From a virus (lineage: Duplodnaviria; Caudoviricetes): 52,301 nt of DNA. Every line of letters begins with the position of its first letter. Positions within the stretch are counted from its first letter, which is position 1. The notes under the pieces are model-generated. The model was not told the origin of the DNA. It ran no database searches and worked only from the letters and a program-made list of their open reading frames with translations. The stretch is taken from positions 1 through 52,301 of the IMG/VR virus record IMGVR_UViG_3300017658_000249. One strand, 5' to 3'. Positions 21,762 through 30,510 of the stretch are shown here, in pieces. The translations under genes and the position numbers were made by a program.

Positions 21762-22208
21762 ATGATGAGAAAACTTGTCGAATTCTTTGAGCGACTTGGA
21801 TACGAGTTCAATTGGAACCCGGATGAGATGAAAGTCGAAGTCATGCATCCCGATGAATTAAATGGGATCAGCTGCGGACCACTAGCGGACTCGCAGTATG
21901 TTGCCATTCAGCTCCTGCAGCAGTTGCAGGAGTTCGATTCCAAAGAGCACTATTTCAATATCCACAAGTTCATACGAAATCGATATCTGCAGGCTGAGCA
22001 GCAGGCGATGGCCAAACTGGTTGGCGGTCCGTTTGACGGCGAAGCAATCCGAGTCTCGACACAGGGGCAAACCCACTGCCGGCAGATCCGCAAGGCGTGG
22101 TGGGCTGCCTATATCCAGGAGCATGGCCAGCTGCATGCGACGTTTCGCGGTTACGCGACCTCGGAAGTCAAAGCCAAGACTAAACAGTATTCCAACTTGG
22201 GGAATTAG
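21762..22208 (+). CDS. Phage hypothetical protein
   Basis: 148-aa ORF with LVGGPFDG motif. Confidence 0.65.
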   Translation: MMRKLVEFFERLGYEFNWNPDEMKVEVMHPDELNGISCGPLADSQYVAIQLLQQLQEFDSKEHYFNIHKFIRNRYLQAEQQAMAKLVGGPFDGEAIRVSTQGQTHCRQIRKAWWAAYIQEHGQLHATFRGYATSEVKAKTKQYSNLGN

Positions 22209-22267
22209 ATTTAGATACAGAGCATTGGGGAAAAGACTATTGATGGAACCCTTAGGAGAAGACTGAC

Positions 22268-22714
22268 ATGGCTAGCATTGCCGAAGCCAAAGGGCCACTG
22301 CGGGCAGCGGTGCAGGCCGTCATGCTCAAGGCCATCGCCGAGCATGGCCGCAACGGGGCCGTCGCATTGACTGGTGTGGCCCCACGCACACTGCTTGGAT
22401 GGATGCGATTCTGGGGATTCGCTGCAAGAGAAGTACCAGACGTCCCACAGTCCGCGATCGACGAACTGGCATCATTCCTGGAAATCAAAACTCAGATCAC
22501 TGTCAAAGAGGTCATCCAGGCGGATTGCTCACTCGTGCAAATGATCGAGATACCCGATGAGGTCCGGCAGTCCATCGAGCGGGCGACGGAACTGCTCATT
22601 ACCGGCAATCATCGTTCTGCATTGAGAACACTTTTGGAAATCGACCTTCCTACTTTTCCGCTGAAACACAATCCAACCACTCAACAGAAAGAACAGGTGA
22701 TACCATGTCAGTAA
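22268..22714 (+). CDS. Phage hypothetical protein
   Basis: AGGAG RBS; co-oriented with the early arm. Confidence 0.65.
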   Translation: MASIAEAKGPLRAAVQAVMLKAIAEHGRNGAVALTGVAPRTLLGWMRFWGFAAREVPDVPQSAIDELASFLEIKTQITVKEVIQADCSLVQMIEIPDEVRQSIERATELLITGNHRSALRTLLEIDLPTFPLKHNPTTQQKEQVIPCQ

Positions 22715-23109
22715 CGATGACACCACGAATGGAAATGGAACAAGCGCGATTTGAACAATGGGCACTGGTCGAAGTCTTCGGGCATCAGAAATATGCCGGC
22801 CTGGTCACGGAGCAGACGATTGGCGGCTGCAACTTCGTGCGAGTGGATGTTCCCGAGACCGCCAGCAACAAGCCCTTCACGAAGCTGTTTGGACAGGGAG
22901 CGATCTACGCGCTGACGCCCGTCGAAGAAGACGTCGCCCGGGCCTTGGCGGGCCAGTATGACCAGCGTCCCGTCAGTGTTTATGAATTGCCAGATGAGGT
23001 GCGCACGGCCATGAGAAAAATTACCCGGCAGCCGGCAGCAGGTGACAATGACTATGATCTTCCGGACATTTCGACAAACCCGGATCGAGATGGTCGAATC
23101 TGCTTTTGA
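22705..23109 (+). CDS. Conserved-looking phage hypothetical protein
   Basis: WALVEVFGHQKYAGLVTEQTIGG..VRVDVP..GQGAIY, a motif style recalled from phage early regions. Confidence 0.75.
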   Translation: MSVTMTPRMEMEQARFEQWALVEVFGHQKYAGLVTEQTIGGCNFVRVDVPETASNKPFTKLFGQGAIYALTPVEEDVARALAGQYDQRPVSVYELPDEVRTAMRKITRQPAAGDNDYDLPDISTNPDRDGRICF

Positions 23110-23136
23110 TCAGATTGTGGCATATCCAGCGAATTC

Positions 23137-23166
23137 AAAACCGGCCCATCGAAACCGATGGGCCGG
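23137..23166 (-). terminator. Intrinsic terminator at the convergence of the two arms
   Basis: CCGGCCCATCG-AAAC-CGATGGGCCGG preceded by AAAA on the plus strand. Confidence 0.75.
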
Positions 23167-23236
23167 CCGGCAAGGCGACGGTGTTGCAGCGAACCATTCA
23201 CACGAAAGGCGCTCCGCCACCAATTGCCAGATCACT

Positions 23237-23626
23237 TCAATGGGAGACCAGATGCCCTTGCAGGCTGGTGGACAGCTTGGCCAGGCACAACTGATTCAGG
23301 CTGACGCCTTCCTGCTCCGCTTCCAGCACGCAGGCTGCATGAATGGATTTCGGCAGTCGCACCACGAATGTTCCGCTGGCCTTTTCGGCGGCTCCCGCAA
23401 TCGCCGGGACTGAGTCCTTCTTCTTGCAGAGAGCATCGACCAGCTCATTCACCGCGGCGAACTCTGATGTCGCGGAGAACTGCACACGGCTGGACTTGTC
23501 CGGGAACAATTCCCCGAGCTTGCCGCCGATACCATAAATCGCGTTGTGCAGTTCCATCCAGTCGCTGGCGGTCTCCGCCCGCTTGCGGGCAAACTGCAGC
23601 ATTTTCTGTGCATTCGTCATGGTCAT
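23237..23626 (-). CDS. Protein with C-terminal HicB-type ribbon-helix-helix domain
   Basis: SGTFVVRLPKSIHAACVLEAEQEGVSLNQLCLAKL; GGAG RBS. Confidence 0.8.
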   Translation of the reverse strand: MTMTNAQKMLQFARKRAETASDWMELHNAIYGIGGKLGELFPDKSSRVQFSATSEFAAVNELVDALCKKKDSVPAIAGAAEKASGTFVVRLPKSIHAACVLEAEQEGVSLNQLCLAKLSTSLQGHLVSH

Positions 23627-23682
23627 CTCTCCAAGTTATAAAGAAGGGCGAGCGAGTTGCTCGCCCTTCGGATCGTTCAGCG

Positions 23683-23997
23683 TCATTCAATTTTCAGAAT
23701 CTGGACACCATCGTAATACCGCACCTCGAAGAACATGGCGAGTTGCCGCAGCTCGCGGCCGACCTGCATGACAGCCTGGTGGGCTTCTTCCAGTTGATCC
23801 TTTTCGCAGACAACCGAGAGGCAGACCACTTCGTCATGGTAGATCTGTCCGTTGTCGATCCAGACTCCCTGCATCGTGCCTTCGGTGGTACATCCACCAA
23901 ACTGGAGTGCCAGTTTGGTGGCCAGATTCTTGACGTACTCCGTTGAAACCGGCGTCCCATCGTTGAGTGTTGTCGGAATCAGTGTTCGAAATTGCAT
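23683..23997 (-). CDS. Small alpha/beta hypothetical protein
   Basis: AAAGGA RBS; IPTTLNDG..QFGGCT..GVW motif. Confidence 0.75.
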   Translation of the reverse strand: MQFRTLIPTTLNDGTPVSTEYVKNLATKLALQFGGCTTEGTMQGVWIDNGQIYHDEVVCLSVVCEKDQLEEAHQAVMQVGRELRQLAMFFEVRYYDGVQILKIE

Positions 23998-24038
23998 TGC
24001 GTTTCCTTTCGTGGTTTGAGTTCGCTGCAACGACTCAA

Positions 24039-24067
24039 ATAGTATCGTCCGCGATACCGCGATGCAA
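24039..24067 (-). promoter_or_regulatory. Sigma-70-type promoter with dyad in spacer
   Basis: TTGCAT-17 bp-TACTAT; the spacer contains CGCGGTATCGCG. Confidence 0.6.
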
Positions 24068-24287
24068 TATCACAGGCAGTACTATTCACGAAGATTTTTC
24101 AAGAAAAATGGCAGGGCCGCGGCGTCAGTGAGGCATTTTGCAACGCTGCGAAACGCTACTGGCCGCCCATCGACCAGCCAATAGGCCCCCCCTTCGGGTC
24201 CTTTTCGCGCCTCCCTCATGGGGGGACGGCACGCCGAGCCGCACGGTTTTGGTACACACTTTCTTTCGCGCGGGCGGGCGGCGGGAA

Positions 24288-24313
24288 TGCTTGATCACGT
24301 GCGTGATCAAGCA
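24288..24313. repeat. Palindrome with TGATCACG-TG-CGTGATCA core
   Basis: Perfect 12-bp arms; related copies at 35585, 44510 and 49748. Confidence 0.7.
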
Positions 24314-24329
24314 GGCACAATGCTGGAAC

Positions 24330-24524
24330 TTATTTCTTCGGCCAGGGGCGGCCACGAGGAGGCATCGTGGCGATGAGATCAGCTCGGCCAATTTTTTTGA
24401 GCACGCATTCGCGGATAAACTCCGAGCGCTCTAGATTGTGCTCGTGACAATATGAGTCGATTGCCGTTCTCATTTCTGGTGTCATCACCAGTTCGATCCG
24501 TGCTTTAGCCATGATGACCAGCAT
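24330..24524 (-). CDS. Ribbon-helix-helix (CopG-like) regulator
   Basis: RIELVMTPEMRTAIDSYCHEHNLERSEFIRECV and a terminal RGRP; AAGGAGG RBS. Confidence 0.8.
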   Translation of the reverse strand: MLVIMAKARIELVMTPEMRTAIDSYCHEHNLERSEFIRECVLKKIGRADLIATMPPRGRPWPKK

Positions 24525-24726
24525 GCTATTCCCCTCCTTGAGTTCTGGCAATGCTGGGCCGCCGTTTCGAGCGGCGCAACATTGGCGAAGGAAAACAGTC
24601 AGTCGCGGCGAACGGGGCCGCCGCAATCGGGGCAGACGTGGTGTGCTGCCCGTGTGTGCCGCGCCGACGCGTCAGGCGCCGGCGGATGCTTGTGGTCTTT
24701 ACCTTGTGGGCGTCGTCGTGAAATGG

Positions 24727-25017
24727 TCATGTCTGTTCCTTATTGGGGTTGTCGCAAGGTTGCGGGATCTTTTCACTGGCGGGCCGGAGGACGGTCTCCA
24801 GACCCCGAATGTAGTGGCCAAATGTAATGTTGCTCGATGCTGAACTGGGAGACGGGAGCGAATGCCCCAGAATCAATGCTCCAGCTCCGGGGTGTGCCGA
24901 CTCATAGGCTTCGCCGGCTGCGCGGCGGATGGCCTGGGGCTGCACTTGCGGGACGCCCAGCCGCAGGCACTGCCGCGTCAGTTCCCGGCGCATAATCTGA
25001 TTGCGTGAGGACGGCAT
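24727..25017 (-). pseudogene. C-terminal fragment of a tyrosine recombinase
   Basis: PQAIRRAA..ILGHS..ITFGHY follows HxxR/LGH/Y order; there is an in-frame stop just upstream. Confidence 0.6.
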
Positions 25018-25468
25018 GTTTTTGAGCGTCCCTCAAGGACGCCTTTGCCTCCGTGATTTCAGTGCGGAAGTGGCGTGTATACCCGGGTGCTTCATTCGCG
25101 CTGGGGCCAGTCTCTCGCCGAGCCCCGGAGGCTGTTTTATAGACTCTGCGAGTGGCAAATTTCGGATCGGCGGTTCCTATTTTGCGTCCCGCCTCCTCGG
25201 CACCGAACGTGCCGTCGTTGGTCTCGACGAGATGTTCTTTGATCTGCAGTGCTGCAATTTCCAGACGGACCTCGGCGATTTTTCTGGCGGATTCCCGCAC
25301 TTCCGCTGCCAGATAGCGCTCACCGTAAGCTTCCAGATTCTCGCAAAGTGATTCAATTGTGTCGTATCTACGGCACAATTGAGTTCTAAGTCGCAATTGA
25401 GTGTCTTCAATCCTCCCTACGAGAGATTTGCTGACGGCAGTTATGATTTGATGCGGGAGAGTGCTCAT
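24902..25468 (-). CDS. Hypothetical protein
   Basis: Helical N-terminal half; the 3' end overlaps the recombinase fragment in another frame. Confidence 0.6.
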   Translation of the reverse strand: MSTLPHQIITAVSKSLVGRIEDTQLRLRTQLCRRYDTIESLCENLEAYGERYLAAEVRESARKIAEVRLEIAALQIKEHLVETNDGTFGAEEAGRKIGTADPKFATRRVYKTASGARRETGPSANEAPGYTRHFRTEITEAKASLRDAQKHAVLTQSDYAPGTDAAVPAAGRPASAAPGHPPRSRRSL

Positions 25469-25546
25469 TATTTAGACCTTTGATTTATTGATTAGGACGA
25501 TGTTGTTGCCCCGGTCTGCGGACTTCGCCGGGGCTACTTTTGGGCA

Positions 25547-25804
25547 TCATTTCCGACGAGCGAACAGGCTAAAGTTGCCGGCGCCGGTGCGTACGGTTAG
25601 AAAATCGCTGTAGTCGCTCCAGCCAATCAGGCCAGAGGTGACGTCGATCGTCACATTTGCGTCTGCCTCAAAGTGCCCGATCGCGTGCCGAATTGGGGCA
25701 CGCCCTCCCCGAATCTCGTAGAGCCCGTCAATGCAAGATCCATTGGCGGCCAGGTCATAACGATCAACAGCCTGTGCGACGGTGATGGTTTCGTAGGTAA
25801 TCAT
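25547..25804 (-). CDS. Small hypothetical protein
   Basis: AAGGAG RBS, 85 aa. Confidence 0.7.
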   Translation of the reverse strand: MITYETITVAQAVDRYDLAANGSCIDGLYEIRGGRAPIRHAIGHFEADANVTIDVTSGLIGWSDYSDFLTVRTGAGNFSLFARRK

Positions 25805-25863
25805 TGTTTTTCGCTCCTTGTGTTTTTGTTTTTGACGATTGAGCTTCCACTTGGCCCCGGGAA

Positions 25864-26019
25864 CTACTCTGCGTAATAAATCGTGCCTGGCTCGGCGTTC
25901 TGATTAAGTCTGATCAGTTCTTCTCGGATGCGATGCACTTGCTTGTGGCTTCGTGCCGGTCGGACACCGACAACTTCTTTGCGTCCTGTGTTGTGCCACT
26001 CTTTGATGATTGTTTGCAT
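25864..26019 (-). CDS. Small hypothetical protein
   Basis: AAAGGA RBS; first gene after a consensus promoter. Confidence 0.6.
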   Translation of the reverse strand: MQTIIKEWHNTGRKEVVGVRPARSHKQVHRIREELIRLNQNAEPGTIYYAE

Positions 26020-26062
26020 TGTGCATTCCTTTTCGTGAGGTTGGATTGCGTCTGGCATGCTC

Positions 26063-26110
26063 TTATTATACGTACCTTTACAAGGCAGTCAATAAAGGTA
26101 CGTATAATAA
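26063..26110 (-). promoter_or_regulatory. Near-consensus sigma-70 promoter within a perfect 18-bp inverted repeat
   Basis: Minus strand TTGACT-16 bp-TATAAT; arms TTATTATACGTACCTTTA / TAAAGGTACGTATAATAA with a 12-bp spacer. Confidence 0.85.
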
Positions 26111-26173
26111 TTTTGAGGTTTTCAAAAAAATTTGAAATCGCTCGATCACGCATTATTATGAGTGGGTGAAGAA

Positions 26174-27046
26174 TCACTGCGGAACGATGATCTTCGCAAT
26201 GTGATCAAGATGCTCATTCGCCGCGAGGATCTCACTGTGTCGCACTTCCCGCTGACGCGCAGCCAGGGATCTCGCGTGCTGCACGGGATGTGTGCCGGCA
26301 TAGATCACTTCCGGAATACCGGACCGGGTCCAGTAGTTTCGCAGCTTCTCTTGCTGCTGATCGTTGCCGCGGTTCGGGCAGCAGAACGGTGTGCCGACAG
26401 CGAGAGCCAGGATCGACATGTGCAGGCTGAGTGTGATGACCGCTTTTGCCCGGGACAGGACGGCGGCAATGAGTTCGGGGCTATGAGTTGCCGGCAAGAG
26501 CCAGCCGTGCGACTCCCACGGCGTCCACGTATAAGGGGCGGGCTCGATGGCAATGACCTGCATGTTCCTCGCTCCGTTGGCGAATCCGGAAAGTTCCGGA
26601 CGTGCGTGGATGACCACGTAATCCCCCAGGTGTTGGAGCAGGCCCCAGCGCGGGACACTGCAGGCGAGTTCCCAGGGGGCTGGCTGGATCAAGGTAGCCG
26701 GGCAGGGAACGACATCCACGGGTCGGTCGACCTGGTCCGTGATGCGCTCAGCGGCAACGTGGTCTCTTGCAGAGAGCAGTTGATAATCTTGCAGGTAAGA
26801 CAGATCGCCTGGTTCGGATCGCACACCCACAGCGTTCAAGATGTGCGACCCCGGGACGCGGTAGATGTGGCCATGCGCATGTTCGCCAACTAGGTCACCA
26901 CCGCCGATGATTGTCCGGTTGCCCTGGAAGCTCGAGACTCTGCGGACTGGAACGCCCCGTTCCGCCAGTCCATTCGCGGTGGCCAGTGACGTGGCGACAT
27001 CGCCGGCATTACAACACCACGGGTCGGCACAGAGCAAGTCAGTCAT
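26174..27046 (-). CDS. Polysaccharide pyruvyltransferase-family protein
   Basis: NAGD, IIGGGDL, NAVGV, SARD, VPCPA and AVITLSLHMSILALAVGTPF; ATGA-coupled to the GT gene. Confidence 0.8.
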   Translation of the reverse strand: MTDLLCADPWCCNAGDVATSLATANGLAERGVPVRRVSSFQGNRTIIGGGDLVGEHAHGHIYRVPGSHILNAVGVRSEPGDLSYLQDYQLLSARDHVAAERITDQVDRPVDVVPCPATLIQPAPWELACSVPRWGLLQHLGDYVVIHARPELSGFANGARNMQVIAIEPAPYTWTPWESHGWLLPATHSPELIAAVLSRAKAVITLSLHMSILALAVGTPFCCPNRGNDQQQEKLRNYWTRSGIPEVIYAGTHPVQHARSLAARQREVRHSEILAANEHLDHIAKIIVPQ

Positions 27047-28962
27047 TGTGGCCACGTCCCTTTCGATTTCAGATACCTGATCGCTGCCATTTGCATCACT
27101 CTCCGGTCTTGGCCGGATCTTCTGAATGTGGACTTATGATCGTGATCAACGAAGGCATCGCAGGCCAGCAGGAGTTTCCAGCCTTTCGCCCGGGCTCGAT
27201 GTGCCCAGTCATCATCGGTCCCCAGGCCGTGTGTCAGGTGTTCGTCCAACACCCCGACGTCCGCCAGTGCTTCTTTGCGTTTGAGCTGGCAGAATCCGAC
27301 CAGCATAGACCTGTTGATCGAAAGCCGTTTGCCGCGGCTCTTCGCCAGGTCCGGGTGACGCTTCACCGATTGAGATCCGCCGTCAGACGTCAGAGGTCCC
27401 ACGCTGGCCACCTGGGGATCACTGAGGAGATGCCGCATCATCGCGGACAGGCAGCCCTTGTGAATGTAGCAGTCGTTGTTGAGCAAGAGGACATGACCTT
27501 TCGCGGCTTTCATCCCCGCATTGGCGGCCAGGCAAAATCCTCGGTTCTCAGGGAATGAAATCGTTCGCAATGGGAGGCTGAGAGAACGAGCCAGACTCTC
27601 GACTTGCTCGATCGTGCCCGGCTCGCTGCCGTTGTCGACATAGATCACGTCAAGCGGAAAGACGTCCGCGTTCGTCGCCAGTGCAGTCAGGCAGCGAGAA
27701 GTCAGGTCGAAACAGTTCCACGCTGGGATCACCACGCTGAGCGGTTGGGCCAGCCGCATGCTGCCATCGCTGTTGAATCTCAAAAACGGCAGGTTGCTTT
27801 TCATCGCTTCAAATGGCGTCACCTGCTCGCCGGAAAACTTGCCGCTTTTGCGATAGTGCTTCCCTTTGCGAATCTGGTTGTTTCCGCCGTGACCGATCGC
27901 TGATGTTGTGGCGACGTGCTGGCACAATGATGGATTGGGGTAGTAGACATGCAGCTTCTCGCCTGCCACAGCGTGACCGATCCAGGTATCGACCGCCTTT
28001 TTTTTGGTCTCATCTTTAATGGGTGGACCTTTCGCGCAGCCTCGCCAGTTGGTGTGACGGGTGATCATTGCCTCGGCCATCGTCCTGGGATAGACCATCG
28101 CGCAAGCCCCCATCAGATACTTGCCACCTTGGCGAGAGAAGCCGGCCGGTTTGTTGACCTCATAGCTGAAGAAATCAGGACTATAGAGTGAGACGGCACC
28201 GCATTTGTCAGACGGCCAGAGATCATGTTCCAGGAACAGCCGGGTTTCTCTGGCGACGATCACATCGTCCTGGAAGACGACAATGGCATCAGCATCAGGA
28301 TTCGCGGTCAGTAGATCTTTGAGCGTTTGCAAATAGTTGTGAAAGCAGCCCAGCTTTTGGGGACGCAGCACCACCGGACAGGACAATCCCGTTACTGGTG
28401 TGCCAGGCTCGGCAAACACGGTGGGAGCAAAGCCGGCGGCAATGACTGATCGTACACAGTCTGCCAACGTTGGCTGTGGTCGCGGCGCGGAAGTGATGCC
28501 GACTGCAAACTGCGTGACGTGTCGGGCAATGGGGTGCAGAAATCGTGGTGCTGAGTTTGCCGACGACTGTTCGATCTTGATCAGGTCTGGGCAGGTTTCG
28601 CACACCCTGAGAGCTGCCCGCACGTCCCGATCTTTAATCTTGCGATGTCTTTGAGCGGCCGCCACACAGCGTCTGTGCAGGCTGCAGGCGTGAATTGCGA
28701 CGGTTTGTTTCGCCCCACACGTACAGGGCTCGCGATGGATGATCTCGCCCAGATACTGGCACCTGGGCGGAGCTTGAGCATCAATGACTACGTCCTGAGT
28801 CGCAGTCGGGCGAGCCGGTTCGCGCCCCGGCTTAAATCGCACTCGCGGCGGCATGGAGTAGCCCTGCGCCGCGAAGAGTCGTCGGTATGCATCGACCCTC
28901 GCGTCTGGCAGTTCCGACAATCCTGCCGCAACCTGCAGCATGCGTCCAATGAGTTGTTTCAC
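27043..28962 (-). CDS. Multidomain glycosyltransferase (Cys-rich domain, GT-A domain, GT2 domain)
   Basis: First GT domain has VFQDDV and PSLCQHV. Second has SVVIPAWN, VDNGS, NRGFCLAAN, LLLNND and GTDDDWAHR. Confidence 0.88.
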   Translation of the reverse strand: MKQLIGRMLQVAAGLSELPDARVDAYRRLFAAQGYSMPPRVRFKPGREPARPTATQDVVIDAQAPPRCQYLGEIIHREPCTCGAKQTVAIHACSLHRRCVAAAQRHRKIKDRDVRAALRVCETCPDLIKIEQSSANSAPRFLHPIARHVTQFAVGITSAPRPQPTLADCVRSVIAAGFAPTVFAEPGTPVTGLSCPVVLRPQKLGCFHNYLQTLKDLLTANPDADAIVVFQDDVIVARETRLFLEHDLWPSDKCGAVSLYSPDFFSYEVNKPAGFSRQGGKYLMGACAMVYPRTMAEAMITRHTNWRGCAKGPPIKDETKKKAVDTWIGHAVAGEKLHVYYPNPSLCQHVATTSAIGHGGNNQIRKGKHYRKSGKFSGEQVTPFEAMKSNLPFLRFNSDGSMRLAQPLSVVIPAWNCFDLTSRCLTALATNADVFPLDVIYVDNGSEPGTIEQVESLARSLSLPLRTISFPENRGFCLAANAGMKAAKGHVLLLNNDCYIHKGCLSAMMRHLLSDPQVASVGPLTSDGGSQSVKRHPDLAKSRGKRLSINRSMLVGFCQLKRKEALADVGVLDEHLTHGLGTDDDWAHRARAKGWKLLLACDAFVDHDHKSTFRRSGQDRRVMQMAAIRYLKSKGTWPQ

Positions 28963-28968
28963 TTGTGA

Positions 28969-30510
28969 CTATTCCATGAGATTAAATGTGAATGAACGCA
29001 TGTCAACTGGTCCGCCGCATCCCCAAATTCCAAGATAGGTCGTGTCACCACTCCCCCAGAACGGGGCAGCATCGACGCAGCCAGAGATGATGGCGATCTC
29101 GACAGGCAGTATGAATGCTCCATTTGTGCAATAGAACAGCAGGCGACCTATGACATTTTGCTCGTGATAGTCCGTGCAGTAGAACCTGACTATTAATTCG
29201 GTGCCGCAATGTGATATTCGGCCTCCATCCCAAACGTGATACAATCCTGCCGGCATACCTGGGAAATACATTTCGCCCGCATATGCCAAGGTTGTGTCGA
29301 CGTCAGGGATCACATCGCATCCTCCAGCTTGAGGAGGTCCAGGCACCCCGATGAGATGCAGCGTGGCCGGCAGCTTATAGATGCAGCCACAGGAAAAGTC
29401 TGGAACTTCCGGCCCGCTAGAGCTTGATCCAGAGCCAGTACTGGACCAAAGCGAACCGGTTGAATCGACTGATCCGCCGACGCTGGCCGAAACCCCGCTG
29501 CCGCTGGCAGACCCGGAGCCGCCCGATCCGCTGTCACCCGATCCCGAACCATCACCGGAGCCGGAACCTGAACCGTCGCCTGACCCACCGGATCCCCCAG
29601 TTCCAGATCCACCAGAACCACCTGACCCAGAAGCATTCTCGGAACCAGACCCGCCGGTTCCGGATCCATCTTCTGATCCAGAACCGCCGCCTGTTCCCCC
29701 AGACCCAGAACCATTTGCCGATCCGGAACCGGCAGGTCCTGTTCCCCCTTCAGTCCCAGATCCGCTTTCAATCGTGTCGAGGCCCGAAGACACATCCGCC
29801 GAAGAGACTCCCCCTGAAGACTGCATGTCACCTCCGGAAGATCCTGATGAGGACGCATTGGGGCAGAGCGAGATGACTGTCCAGCAGCTGGAGCTCTCTT
29901 CTTCATCGTCCTCAACGGAACGAGTGCGCGTGGCCATGCCTCGAGCGCCAACGAGATCTTCGGTTTCAGCGTCCAAAAGGCAGCCCTGGAAGTCATAAAC
30001 AGTGATCTCTTTACTCTGGGTACCGCGATCGCTGCGGACCACTTTCGCTTGCCAGCCACCCGCACCGCAGGTCCCTTCCTCTTCGGCTTCTGGAGGCATG
30101 GGGGCAATGAGCTCGAACGCAACCAGCGACTCCTGGGACGGCGGCAGAACATAGCGTCCGGTGTGCCGATCACAGATCACGACTTCGAAACAGTTGCGTG
30201 CACTGGGCTCCGGCGAGAGGTTATAAATGATCTCTTCGACCGCAGCTCCAGATTCGTCGGTGACCTCGCTGAGTGGGCCGTCGTCATCGGTAATCTGGTA
30301 GATTGCCAGCGATCGTTGCCCGGGGATTGTGCTGCCTCCGGATTTGGTGGCGCCCGGCACTTCATCATCACCGATCCAGACAATGTAATTCCGCGTCTGG
30401 TCTGGCGGCGCGGATGCCGATCGAGAGGTCAACGATCCTCCCAAAGGAACCGTGTTGAGCAGCTGGCGGAGTCGCGGCAGGTCCGCCTTCTGAAGAATAG
30501 GCACAGCCAT
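28969..30510 (-). CDS. Ser/Gly-rich putative virion (tail-associated) protein
   Basis: Second gene after the tape measure; about 150-aa GSG-rich tract and a Cys-rich C-terminal domain. Confidence 0.7.
   Translation of the reverse strand: MAVPILQKADLPRLRQLLNTVPLGGSLTSRSASAPPDQTRNYIVWIGDDEVPGATKSGGSTIPGQRSLAIYQITDDDGPLSEVTDESGAAVEEIIYNLSPEPSARNCFEVVICDRHTGRYVLPPSQESLVAFELIAPMPPEAEEEGTCGAGGWQAKVVRSDRGTQSKEITVYDFQGCLLDAETEDLVGARGMATRTRSVEDDEEESSSCWTVISLCPNASSSGSSGGDMQSSGGVSSADVSSGLDTIESGSGTEGGTGPAGSGSANGSGSGGTGGGSGSEDGSGTGGSGSENASGSGGSGGSGTGGSGGSGDGSGSGSGDGSGSGDSGSGGSGSASGSGVSASVGGSVDSTGSLWSSTGSGSSSSGPEVPDFSCGCIYKLPATLHLIGVPGPPQAGGCDVIPDVDTTLAYAGEMYFPGMPAGLYHVWDGGRISHCGTELIVRFYCTDYHEQNVIGRLLFYCTNGAFILPVEIAIISGCVDAAPFWGSGDTTYLGIWGCGGPVDMRSFTFNLME

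Noticed and set aside
29381-29998. Pro/Glu/Asp-rich plus-strand ORF
   Set aside because: Antisense image of the Gly/Ser codons of the minus-strand gene.
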